Translations under genes and position numbers: made by a program | Shown here: positions 18,335 to 27,289 of the stretch, piece by piece | Layout of the letters: each line of letters starts with the position of its first letter | Position numbering within the stretch: the first letter of the stretch is position 1 | Notes under the pieces: model-generated | The model's database searches: none | The model's input: only the letters and a program-made list of their open reading frames with translations | What the model was told of the DNA's origin: nothing | NCBI GenBank assembly: GCA_031378565.1 | Contig: JANNEI010000056.1 | Span: 1-42,968, forward strand | Reading direction: 5' to 3' | Source of the DNA: Burkholderiales bacterium | GTDB taxonomy: Bacteria; Pseudomonadota; Gammaproteobacteria; Burkholderiales; Burkholderiaceae_C | DNA: 42,968 nt

Positions 18335-20443
18335 CTAGGACGCTTTTAGCAAGTCGAGGTCGGACTGAGTTCGGCCTTCGAAAAGCGGAACCAGCAGCGT
18401 CACCTGCGTTCCCTTGTCCGGCTCGCTCTCGACAGAAATCGCGCCGCCAAGCTCCTGCACATACTGAAAACTTTCGTAGGCCCCAATGCCCATGCCGGTC
18501 ACTTTCGTCGTCTGAAACGGCTTGAAGAGTCGATCACGAACGAACTCTGGCGTCATGCCAGAGCCGTTGTCGCCAACTTCGATACGCGCCTGTCCTCCAA
18601 GCTTGCCCAAACGCAGCCAGACCTTTCCCGATGGATCGGTCGCATCGAGCGCGTTTTGCACCATGTGCCCGATGATTCTTTCGAGCCGCTCTTCGTGCCC
18701 GCGCGCGACGACAGGCTCGACCGATCGAACTTCAACGTTTCGACCACGGCTGTTCGCCACGGATTCGATGCGGCGTATCACTCCTGTCAGATCAACCCCG
18801 AAAGCGGTACCGGTGGGTGTGGTTCCTTCGCGCAACTGAGCCATCAGTTGGCGCATTCTTTCCAACGAGTTTTCTACTGTCATCAGCATGTCTTGCTGAA
18901 ACTCAGGATTGGCGTGGAGTCGCTGGGCGTTTTTCATCATCAGCGAGAGTTGCGTGACGATATTCTTCAGGTCATGAACGACAAAAGCAGACATGCGGTT
19001 GAACGCGTCGAACTTGCGAACTTCAAGCAAGGCTTCAGTGGCCACCATTTGTGCCAGGAAACTGGCTGCTTGCCGACTGGCTGTTTTCAACAGGTCATAG
19101 ACCTCCCAATTGGCGTGAACGTTGGTGCGCGCACTCAGCAAGACGACGAAGCCGATCAATTCGTCACCGACGAGCAGGGGAACGATGAGCCAAGCCTGTG
19201 GTGCCAATTGCAACCACGCCGGCATCGTCAAGGATTCATAGCGGCGTGGAGACGAACGGTAGTCCTCCAGATTGACGACGATGCTGTCACGCGCAAGGTA
19301 GTTGCAAAGCGACGATCCGGCATCTTCTTGTTCGTGCATCGGTGCAAAGTTCAGTCGAGCCGTCTGCTGAAAAGTTGCAGCGCCGGGGGCCTTCATCCAA
19401 AGCCCACCGCCCGGGCTTTCGACCAAGTCAGCCAGACCGCGAATGACTTGTTGGCCCATTTCCTGAGGCGTGTTTTGTGCGCAAAGCGCGCGGGTGAACT
19501 TTAGCCATTCCTCTCGATAGTCATAGCGGTAGCGGAAGAAATTCTTGTTGAGAAAAACACGAAGCTTCGCGCGTACTGTCCCGGAAAGCGCGAGTATGCT
19601 CAGTACGATCAGTGAAAGAAAGACGAGGGCAAGTTGCAGCGCTCCTCCCCAGTCGCCACCGAAGAATCTGACGTAATAACCGACAGCGGAAATGAATATC
19701 AGATAACTTCCCGCAATGAGTAGTGTTGCCGAATGGAAGGCTGCGCTTCTTGATACGCGAAGCTGTGAAATCCAGTCGCCGCGGCGCGTCGTAGCAATCA
19801 TCAACAAAGGGGCCATCAGAGCGTGCACTGCGCCGCGGATGCTGAAAGCGTCTAAGTCGACTCGGTCAAAGATGACCGCTTGCGAATAAACGTACAAGTC
19901 GAATGCGAAGGATCCTGCCAAAGCCAAGCACACCGGCTTCGCATTCCAGCGCGAGTCTTGCGCGATATTGCGGAATACTTGCTCGACCAGAACGAGGCCG
20001 AACACCGAGAGGGCCATCGAGCTCAGCGGAACAAGGCGAGACCCTATCGCGGGCAGCATGTCAAACCCCGCCAACGCCTGGGTGCCCACCGCGCCAACGA
20101 TGAGCACGATGCCCAAAATCGGAAGCGCAGACACGTCCCTTGTCTGCCCGACATTCTGTAGGGGGTGGATCAGCAGGCAGAGGAACGCAAACCAGAAACC
20201 GTAGCGAAACAAGTCAGCCATCGCCGCGAGCAGCGTGAGCAGCGGTTCACCGGTCAGGACTCCGACCATCGTCAGGCATCCCCACATCGAACTGAAACCG
20301 ACTGCGCCAAACAGAGCCAAGCCGGCTATGTTGCGAGGCGCGCGCCAGTATCCGAGGCGGATGAGAATGACCACAAATGCGAGATGGACGGCACCGACAA
20401 GGCCGAAGCTCCATGCTGTGAGTGCAATGTTGTGACTGTTCAT
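18335..20443 (-). CDS. prsK: PEP-CTERM system sensor histidine kinase
   Basis: 702 aa. About 8 N-terminal TM segments, a GAF-like middle region, H-box FVVHDLKN, and ATPase motifs DNGSGM and GMGIGAY. Confidence 0.85.
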   Translation of the reverse strand: MNSHNIALTAWSFGLVGAVHLAFVVILIRLGYWRAPRNIAGLALFGAVGFSSMWGCLTMVGVLTGEPLLTLLAAMADLFRYGFWFAFLCLLIHPLQNVGQTRDVSALPILGIVLIVGAVGTQALAGFDMLPAIGSRLVPLSSMALSVFGLVLVEQVFRNIAQDSRWNAKPVCLALAGSFAFDLYVYSQAVIFDRVDLDAFSIRGAVHALMAPLLMIATTRRGDWISQLRVSRSAAFHSATLLIAGSYLIFISAVGYYVRFFGGDWGGALQLALVFLSLIVLSILALSGTVRAKLRVFLNKNFFRYRYDYREEWLKFTRALCAQNTPQEMGQQVIRGLADLVESPGGGLWMKAPGAATFQQTARLNFAPMHEQEDAGSSLCNYLARDSIVVNLEDYRSSPRRYESLTMPAWLQLAPQAWLIVPLLVGDELIGFVVLLSARTNVHANWEVYDLLKTASRQAASFLAQMVATEALLEVRKFDAFNRMSAFVVHDLKNIVTQLSLMMKNAQRLHANPEFQQDMLMTVENSLERMRQLMAQLREGTTPTGTAFGVDLTGVIRRIESVANSRGRNVEVRSVEPVVARGHEERLERIIGHMVQNALDATDPSGKVWLRLGKLGGQARIEVGDNGSGMTPEFVRDRLFKPFQTTKVTGMGIGAYESFQYVQELGGAISVESEPDKGTQVTLLVPLFEGRTQSDLDLLKAS

Positions 20444-20735
20444 ATCAAACGAGGAATGGCCTGCGGCCTGTCGATGTGCGAGTAACGCGACGAGTCTCCG
20501 CGTTGCCGGTACGAATACTGGCGCTCAGATTTCAGGCGATCGAGATCGTCGCGAATGTGAAAATGCAGGAACCAGCGTCGGTCCGTCCCAGCAACGCATC
20601 GATGTCAGGAACCAGGATTTTCGAGGGCACCCGGTGTGGTTTCGGCGATTGGTTAGCGCGCGATCGCGGTGAGCAGTTTGTGAACCCGTCATTTGCGCTA
20701 CTTAGGAGAGCGATGCAACGGCGGGCAATTTGGGG

Positions 20736-21377
20736 TCAGCGCGGGCGAATCAGAGGCCAACGCGCCAACCACCGATGTTGCGTCTTGCCCAAGAGGCTGC
20801 GCACAAGCACGAACTCGGTGGCGGTCCAGCGGATCGGCTCGACGGTGTGCTCTACGGCGACCTGGTCGTCGTAGAGCATTGTCATATGGGGCTTGCGACT
20901 GGGTTGAGACTCAAGCCCGGCGCGCTTGAGCGCGAGGCCCAGAATGTGCACAAGCTGGCTGACTGCCGCAGTGTCACGGCCGCACAAGACGAAGGCGTTC
21001 TTGCCGGAACTGCTGCCAGCGAAACTCAGTGCACGATCGAACACGATGTCGATCGGCGGGTGGATGACACCGGCTGCAGCGGCCATGGCCGCACCGACCA
21101 GCGCTTCCGGGACCGCGCCGACATAGTCACCCAAGCTGTGAAGCGTGATGTGCAGACGATCGGTGCGCAGCAGTTGGCCACCCAAGCGGTGGTGCTGCCG
21201 CAGCAGATGGATGGGTTCAGCCATGCGAGCACCGTCACCGGCTTGCGGAAACAACGCGAGGAACAATCGCTGAGCAGGCCGTATGCCATGCGGCCACGCG
21301 GGGGCGATGCTGCGCTTGGGCGGCGGGAATGACGGCGTCTGGGTGTCGAACCCTGGGAGGCTGAACTGTTCGAGCAT
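20736..21377 (-). CDS. 2H-phosphoesterase family protein (LigT / 2'-5' RNA ligase-like)
   Basis: Two H-x-T-x motifs, LHITLHS and PHMTMLY, about 90 aa apart. ATG at 21377 (a GTG lies one codon upstream). Confidence 0.7.
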   Translation of the reverse strand: MLEQFSLPGFDTQTPSFPPPKRSIAPAWPHGIRPAQRLFLALFPQAGDGARMAEPIHLLRQHHRLGGQLLRTDRLHITLHSLGDYVGAVPEALVGAAMAAAAGVIHPPIDIVFDRALSFAGSSSGKNAFVLCGRDTAAVSQLVHILGLALKRAGLESQPSRKPHMTMLYDDQVAVEHTVEPIRWTATEFVLVRSLLGKTQHRWLARWPLIRPR

Positions 21378-21652
21378 CACCGCAGCAGTTTACGTCGACC
21401 GCTGTCCTTGGGCCAGACGAGCCTGCCGTTCACACAAGCAAGATCCGCTGAGAATCGAAAATCGGTAACGTCACTCGCAGTTCGCTCAGCCGAGATGCCT
21501 GAAACGGAGCGTTCCCCCTGAAACAGGGGGGTTCTTGCACCGTCCGACTCAACCATAATTCTTACGCATAACTACTGACCCCGACCCCGACACGAGCCCG
21601 TCTCGATTCAGTTGGCGGCGAGGCGCATGTCTTGACGCGGGGGCGGCCGATC

Positions 21653-23053
21653 ATGAGGGTGTTTCGTCACAACTTGTTGCCTGGTGCCCTCGCCGGGATG
21701 GTGGTCGATCTGACTCTGTGCTTCGTGGCGGTGCTGCTGGCCGCGTCGACGCTGACCAGCCGATACATGACGATTCCCAGTGCGGTCCCGGAACTTCCGC
21801 TGATCCTGTTCGGTGCCACGCAGTTCGCCCTTGTGATGGCCTTGATGTACGCCTTGGTCGGCCTGTACCGCCCCAAACCGATCTCATTGATTGCGGCCAC
21901 TGCACGAACAGCAGTTGCCCTGTGCATCGGTGGATATCTCACCAGCCTCACGCTGCGGATCGTGGCTGATCGAGGGTATATCGAACAGTTGATCCCAGCC
22001 GCTATCGCCTATCTGGGCGTTGGCCTGGTTCTCGTGCGCGGCTGGTTCGGCATCATGCGACATTCGGCTGCCTTGCCGCGAGTACTCATCGTTGGCACCG
22101 GAGCGCAGGCCCATGCCATTGCTGCGGATTTGGGGGTGCCAGGTCGCTCCGCGCGCAACGTCGTAGGCTTCTACGCCACTTCAGATCAATCGGCAGTGTC
22201 TGGACCACGGAATGACAAATTCCGGGTGTTTCCGAACAGTTCGTCCCTGACCGATCTGGTCTCTCGCCACGACATCCAAGAAATCATCGTCGCTGTTCGC
22301 GAGCACCGAGGTGGCGGAGTTCCGATGGACCAGCTTCTGGAGTGCCGGATTCGCGGCGTGTCTGTTCTCGATCTCGCTGGGTTCTGCGAAAGAACAAAAT
22401 GGGAAGTGCCGATCGACAGCCTGAAGAGCAGTTGGCTGGTCTATGGCCAAGGCTTCGTTCAAGGTGACTTTCGCCGCTTCGTCAAGCGCTTGTTCGATAT
22501 CGTAAGCTCCTTGGTGCTGCTGATCCTGCTGGCCCCCGTGATGCTTCTTACGATGACCCTGATTCGGCTCGACAGCCCTGGATCGGTGATCTATCGCCAG
22601 GCACGCGTTGGTGTTGGCGGCCGAATCTTCATGTGCATGAAGTTCCGCAGCATGTATGCCGATGCCGAGCAAGATGGAGTGGCGCGGTGGGCAACCAAGG
22701 ATGACTCTCGGATCACGCCCGTTGGATCGTGGATCCGCAAAATGCGCATCGACGAGTTACCTCAGTTGCTGAGTGTCTTAAGCGGGGAGATGAGCTTGGT
22801 CGGGCCCCGGCCGGAGCGCCCCAGCTTCGTTGATCAGCTGAAGGAAAGCATACCCTTCTACGAGTTACGACATTCCGTAAAGCCGGGTGTTACCGGATGG
22901 GCGCAGGTTAGATATCACTATGGTTCTTCGCTTGAGGATGCGCGTCGCAAGCATCAGTTCGATTTATACTACGTCAAAAATAATTCTCTCTTTCTTGATA
23001 TTCTCGTGTTGATTGAGACGGTCAGCGTCGTATTGTTTCATGAGGGGCAGTGA
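21653..23053 (+). CDS. Priming sugar transferase (bacterial sugar transferase family, PEP-CTERM-associated EpsB type)
   Basis: MRVFRHNLLPG start. N-terminal TM segments. C-terminal domain with DELPQL, GPRPERP and KPGVTGWAQV. Confidence 0.85.
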   Translation: MRVFRHNLLPGALAGMVVDLTLCFVAVLLAASTLTSRYMTIPSAVPELPLILFGATQFALVMALMYALVGLYRPKPISLIAATARTAVALCIGGYLTSLTLRIVADRGYIEQLIPAAIAYLGVGLVLVRGWFGIMRHSAALPRVLIVGTGAQAHAIAADLGVPGRSARNVVGFYATSDQSAVSGPRNDKFRVFPNSSSLTDLVSRHDIQEIIVAVREHRGGGVPMDQLLECRIRGVSVLDLAGFCERTKWEVPIDSLKSSWLVYGQGFVQGDFRRFVKRLFDIVSSLVLLILLAPVMLLTMTLIRLDSPGSVIYRQARVGVGGRIFMCMKFRSMYADAEQDGVARWATKDDSRITPVGSWIRKMRIDELPQLLSVLSGEMSLVGPRPERPSFVDQLKESIPFYELRHSVKPGVTGWAQVRYHYGSSLEDARRKHQFDLYYVKNNSLFLDILVLIETVSVVLFHEGQ

Positions 23054-23178
23054 AGATTACAAAGCAAGCCTCGTCACATTTTGGACGCTCTCAACGTTTC
23101 CCGCCTATCTGTCGGGTAATGTGCTGTTCATAGTGGCGGTAAATACTCCCTCGCTCAACAAAGGCTAGGAGACAGAAA

Positions 23179-23832
23179 ATGAACGGTTCGATTCGGGACG
23201 ATGCTGCGGATGATCATCAGCAGCAAGCAATTTCTTTGATTGAGATGCGCACTGACCAGAAACCCGGAATGTCCACCCGTCGCGGCTTGATTCGGGCAGG
23301 TCTCAAAGCAAGCCCGGTAATTCTTACCTTGGCCAGTCGACCCGTGCTCGCTTGGCAGTGCAAGACCCCGTCGGCGCACGCGTCAGCGAACCTGAGCAAC
23401 CACGCTCAACAAACCTGGCCCGACTCATGCACTGCCACATCTACTTCGTGGTCGAACAAATGCACAGGGGTTGGTTCGGCCAAGGATGCATGCGGAGCCA
23501 CCCTTTCATGGCCGACTGGTGTGACCAAAAACACCCAATGCAACACCTTGATGGGTTCTGGGAGTTCCAGTTCGATTACCACCAAGCTTGCCAGTGGAAC
23601 CGGATTCGAGAAAACATTGATCACGTCGATGTTGAACGTGTTGACTGGGCGTGTCCCCGGGCAGTGTGTGACCAGCCAAAACATCAAGGACATGTGGTTT
23701 GCTGGCAATGCGGGTACGGGATACCAGCCGTCCGCAGGAATTTCGTGGTCGAAGCAGAACACGGTCGACTTCCTTCACAACAATTGGGTCGCAACCGTCT
23801 CGCAATTCGGTGGAAATCCGCCGACTGCATGA
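23179..23832 (+). CDS. Hypothetical Cys/Ser/Thr/Gly-rich protein with a twin-arginine-like signal
   Basis: AGGAG lies 7 nt upstream of ATG 23179. Residues 31-58 are MSTRRGLIRAGLKASPVILTLASRPVLA. Six Cys in the mature part. I recognise no family. Visibly AT-richer than the flanks. Confidence 0.6.
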   Translation: MNGSIRDDAADDHQQQAISLIEMRTDQKPGMSTRRGLIRAGLKASPVILTLASRPVLAWQCKTPSAHASANLSNHAQQTWPDSCTATSTSWSNKCTGVGSAKDACGATLSWPTGVTKNTQCNTLMGSGSSSSITTKLASGTGFEKTLITSMLNVLTGRVPGQCVTSQNIKDMWFAGNAGTGYQPSAGISWSKQNTVDFLHNNWVATVSQFGGNPPTA

Positions 23833-23862
23833 CAAGGCAAACTTCGGATCCGATTGCCGCCG

Positions 23863-24159
23863 ATGGTGCCAACGTGCTGGTTGCTCGATAGGCCGGAAAA
23901 TTTCGTTGATCGGGAGTGGGCCGGCGAAATCGTCGTCTTGAACACCCGCACCGGCGACACTCACCTGCTCTCACCTGCGGCCTCGGCGATCTATCGACTT
24001 CTCCAGATCGGCCCACAATCCCACGTCACGCTGTCAGAGCGACAGGATGCTGAATCTAGCCTAGCAGACCGGGCGGATCTGCCTGAGTTGGTGGAATCAA
24101 CACTGCAAGAGTTCTTCCGACTGGGATTGATCACGTCCTCATCCGTTGAAAATTGCTGA
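23863..24159 (+). CDS. PqqD-family peptide-chaperone-like protein (HPr-rel-A system type)
   Basis: About 98 aa. WLLDRPENFVDREWAGEIVVLNTRTGDTHLLSPAASAIYRLL fits the PqqD/RRE-like pattern (beta strands then helix). ATG 23863. A TTG at 23854 is also possible. Confidence 0.65.
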   Translation: MVPTCWLLDRPENFVDREWAGEIVVLNTRTGDTHLLSPAASAIYRLLQIGPQSHVTLSERQDAESSLADRADLPELVESTLQEFFRLGLITSSSVENC

Positions 24160-25084
24160 CCTCTCTCGGCCCGAACTCGCGAGGCGCATGGCCCGCGGGG
24201 ATTTGCTGATCCAACTCTCGCCGTTCGTTGCCAGGATCGAATCTCGGATCGACTCGGTGGTGTCGGGCATCAGGATCATGTACGCCGAGTTTTCCGTCAT
24301 CGGCGACGACAGGTTCGCGGACTTTCACATTCGCGTTGCACTGCCGAGGGGCCTCCGGCGCTGGCTGCGGCCTCAGGCGAATTTCTACTTTGACGGCAGA
24401 GCAGCATTCAAGCCGTTGCCCCTTGCACAGGCATACCCGATGCTCGAGTGGGGATTGAACTGGTGCATCGCAGCACACTCGCACCAGTTCCTGATCGCGC
24501 ACGCAGCGGTGGTCGAGAAGAATGGGCTGGCGGTCATCTTGCCGGCTCCGCCCGGTTCGGGCAAAAGCACCTTGTGCGCAGGATTGGTAAGCCGCGGCTG
24601 GCGGCTATTCTCTGACGAACTCGCGCTGTATGACCTGCAGACTCGCCTGATGCAGGCGTTGTCTCGCCCACTCAATCTGAAGAACGAATCGATTGCCGTG
24701 ATTCACCGGTTCGAGCCAGCGGCGACAATGACGTCCTCGGTACCGCACACCGCGAAAGGCACTGTGGCGCTGATGGCACCTCCAGACGACAGTGCGCGAC
24801 GGGTGCTTGAACAAGCGATACCAGCGTGGATCGTCTTTCCGCGCTATCAGGCTGGCGCACCGGCAAAGTTCGAATCCTGCAGCAAGGCCCGTGCATGCTG
24901 GATGCTTGCCGAGCAATCATTCAACTACAACATCCATGGACGCGCCGGCTTCGACGCTCTAGCGCACATGGTCGACCGCTGTGACTGCTACGAATTCACC
25001 TACGGCGATCTCGAAGAGGCGGTCAGCGCCTTTTCCACCTTGCGATCACCCTCTGCGTCATGCATCACCGAGACCTCGTCGTAG
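24146..25084 (+). CDS. HprK-related kinase A (P-loop, HPr kinase C-terminal-domain-like)
   Basis: Walker A LPAPPGSGKSTLCAGL followed by FSDE, as in HPr kinase-like folds. A TTG start at 24146 overlaps the PqqD-like stop. Alternative ATG at 24188. Confidence 0.7.
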   Translation: MKIADLSRPELARRMARGDLLIQLSPFVARIESRIDSVVSGIRIMYAEFSVIGDDRFADFHIRVALPRGLRRWLRPQANFYFDGRAAFKPLPLAQAYPMLEWGLNWCIAAHSHQFLIAHAAVVEKNGLAVILPAPPGSGKSTLCAGLVSRGWRLFSDELALYDLQTRLMQALSRPLNLKNESIAVIHRFEPAATMTSSVPHTAKGTVALMAPPDDSARRVLEQAIPAWIVFPRYQAGAPAKFESCSKARACWMLAEQSFNYNIHGRAGFDALAHMVDRCDCYEFTYGDLEEAVSAFSTLRSPSASCITETSS

Positions 25085-26262
25085 AAGCGCTGCTCAGTCC
25101 TGACCGCGCCGCCACTTACAGTGAGCCGCAATGGGACCTACTGATTCGACAGGCGCGCCGCGCCAACCTGCTGGGCCGACTGGCGCTGTGCATCGATGGC
25201 GAACGGGGCGCTTTGCGGGCCGCCTGGCAGCACCTGCTATCCGCACGGGTCGTCGCGGAGCGCCAGCAAGGTGCGATTCGCTGGGAAATCGAATGCATTC
25301 GCCGCGCCCTTGCCCCGACCGGTGTTCCCCTGGTGTTGCTCAAGGGTGCGGCTTACGCCATCGCAGGCTTGCCGGTTTCGAACGGCCGCATGTTCTCGGA
25401 CATCGACGTCATCATTCCAAAACAAGCAGTGCCCACTGTCGAATCGGCCCTGATGATGAATGGGTGGGTCGGTAGCCACCATGATTCGTACGACCAGCGG
25501 TACTACCGAAAATGGATGCACGAGATCCCGCCGATGCAGCATCTGCGGCGCGGCACGGTGATCGACGTGCACCACGCAATCCTCCCGGAGACAGCCCGAA
25601 TACGCGCGAACTCCTCGGCCATGCGTGAAGCCGCCGTCGCCGTTCCCGGCCACGCCGATGTGTTTGTTTTCGCACCGGCGGACATGGTTCTGCACAGCGC
25701 GACCCATTTGTTCCATGAGGGTGAACTCGACAATGGCCTGAGGGACTTGTTCGATCTCGACAGCCTGCTTTGTCATTTCGGCGCGACCCCGGGATTTTGG
25801 GAGCAGTTGCCCGTGCGGGCTGCCGAACTCGGCCTGCAGCGGCCATTGTTCTACGCACTGCGTTACGCCATTGTTCTACTGGGGACTCCGGTGCCAGAGC
25901 CTGTGATCACTGCGGCGCAGCAAGGGGCACCGCATCCCGCCGCCATGCCGCTGATCGACTTCTGCTTCCTGAGAGGTCTGCGAGTCGACCACCCGACCTG
26001 TGCAGATGGCTGGACACCACTGGCGCGATGGCTCCTGTACGTCAGATCGCACTGGCTGCGGATGCCGTTCTTCCTGTTGCTGGTTCACCTGGCGCGCAAG
26101 GCCATCGTGCCGTCAAGACAGAACGAAGCGGAAGCAGCCGCACCGCTCGCGCACACGCCGCAGCACGAGGCAGATGAACAACAGACCGTTCGGGCCGCAC
26201 GCAGCGGTGCGGTCGACGATCTATCAGAGTCGGCACGCAACGGTCATTCACAGACTTTGTGA
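25060..26262 (+). CDS. Nucleotidyltransferase family protein (uncharacterised NTP_transf_5-type, Pol-beta fold)
   Basis: LLKGAAY...NGRMFSDIDVIIP (G-S..D-x-D NTase motif), then VIDVHHAI. The ATG overlaps the kinase 3' end by 25 nt. Confidence 0.7.
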   Translation: MHHRDLVVEALLSPDRAATYSEPQWDLLIRQARRANLLGRLALCIDGERGALRAAWQHLLSARVVAERQQGAIRWEIECIRRALAPTGVPLVLLKGAAYAIAGLPVSNGRMFSDIDVIIPKQAVPTVESALMMNGWVGSHHDSYDQRYYRKWMHEIPPMQHLRRGTVIDVHHAILPETARIRANSSAMREAAVAVPGHADVFVFAPADMVLHSATHLFHEGELDNGLRDLFDLDSLLCHFGATPGFWEQLPVRAAELGLQRPLFYALRYAIVLLGTPVPEPVITAAQQGAPHPAAMPLIDFCFLRGLRVDHPTCADGWTPLARWLLYVRSHWLRMPFFLLLVHLARKAIVPSRQNEAEAAAPLAHTPQHEADEQQTVRAARSGAVDDLSESARNGHSQTL

Positions 26263-26994
26263 ACCGTGCAACCGGCCCACGATACCCGCCTCTTCTTCCA
26301 CTGAAAAAAAATATGGATACAGCGAACGTTCGTCCTTGACGGAGTCGCCCTGCCCCGCAAACTTGCTGATCTGGTCTTGCGCATGTCCCAATTCAAGACA
26401 CAACAGTACCGCTGGCGCGTTGACGCGCAGATTCAGTCTTTCAGAACCGATCACCTTGAACCCGAGCATTCGCTCATAGTAGCGTACATGCCTGGGATTA
26501 ACCTCGATCAATACCGATTGAAAATTCTTCAGTCGGTGTGCAAATATATATGCAACATGGAAAAGAGAAGCCAGTACACGTTTGGAGCGTGCCTTGGTAT
26601 CAACAGCCAACTTCGTAAATTCACAAATTCTATGTCCGGCCTTTCGCAATTCGTCCGCTTCTTTAAGAAATATATTATCCACTAAAAGGCCCTGCTCTGT
26701 GTCAAAACGGACGGTCAACGTCCCAATGATCTGTTCCTTGTCACTGGCAACCAGCGTAATGCGATTCGATGAATCATCGGTAGTCGACGTAGTAATATTA
26801 TAACCTCGTGTCGCGTACATCCTGCTGACTAGAATGCCAGCCGAACTCCGATGACCGAAGGAATCTGCAAACCGAATCTTGAAAATTCCCCGATCAATCA
26901 CCTGCTCGGCCGCTTCATCCGGAGAATGATCGGCAAGAATCGAGCGCAGCGGGTGGCCCACATCGAACGGGGCACCGATGATCGTATTGTTCAT
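26248..26994 (-). CDS. GNAT-fold long-chain N-acyl amino acid synthase-like acyltransferase (FeeM-like / exosortase-associated)
   Basis: Start MNNTIIGAPF at 26994 (AGGGA upstream). RMYATRGY, IGTLTVRFD, CEFTKLAVD and VNPRHVRYYERMLGF match my memory of FeeM-type NAS cores. Confidence 0.6.
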   Translation of the reverse strand: MNNTIIGAPFDVGHPLRSILADHSPDEAAEQVIDRGIFKIRFADSFGHRSSAGILVSRMYATRGYNITTSTTDDSSNRITLVASDKEQIIGTLTVRFDTEQGLLVDNIFLKEADELRKAGHRICEFTKLAVDTKARSKRVLASLFHVAYIFAHRLKNFQSVLIEVNPRHVRYYERMLGFKVIGSERLNLRVNAPAVLLCLELGHAQDQISKFAGQGDSVKDERSLYPYFFSVEEEAGIVGRLHGSQSL

Positions 26995-27289
26995 GTTCTT
27001 TTCCCTGGAATCCGTCGCCGGATGTCTTGTGCCGGACCCGCGCTTCAAAAGCCGGTTGCCCTGCCGTTGGTGGCCGAGACAAACGTGTGACATTTTATCG
27101 CAGCAACCGACCGCTGTGGCCGAGAAAGAAGCGCGCGAAAGCCGGTCAGCCGTTTCCAGCGGTCGATTCGCGCTATTGATCTACGGCAGGCCACGGCGGG
27201 GTCGCTGGACTGCATCGCCTGCGGTGCGTATCATTTCTCGGGTGGCGCGTCGCGAGCCGCTCCATTCCCTTCATGTCAGGGAGAAACCC

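Noticed and set aside
20713-20874. AGGAG-N4-ATG on the plus strand at 20705-20715 opening an ORF.
   Set aside because: The ORF runs antisense through the LigT-like gene, and its product is an Arg-rich shadow sequence (MQRRAIWGQRGRIRGQR...). The SD spacing is short.
23863-26262. A lasso-peptide gene cluster (PqqD-like + HPr-kinase-like + nucleotidyltransferase).
   Set aside because: There is no transglutaminase-like B2 protease, no dedicated lasso cyclase, no ABC exporter and no short precursor ORF nearby. The two AsnB homologues elsewhere in the window keep the Cys2 glutaminase nucleophile. They sit in the eps operon on the other strand, so they look like true amidotransferases.
26995-27289. 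Small ORFs in the 295-bp divergent region as possible precursor peptides (for example 22-aa MSCAGPALQKPVALPLVAETNV, and 33-aa MKGMERLATRH... on the minus strand).
   Set aside because: None has an SD, and none has leader/core-like features. One is simply the tail of a shadow ORF.
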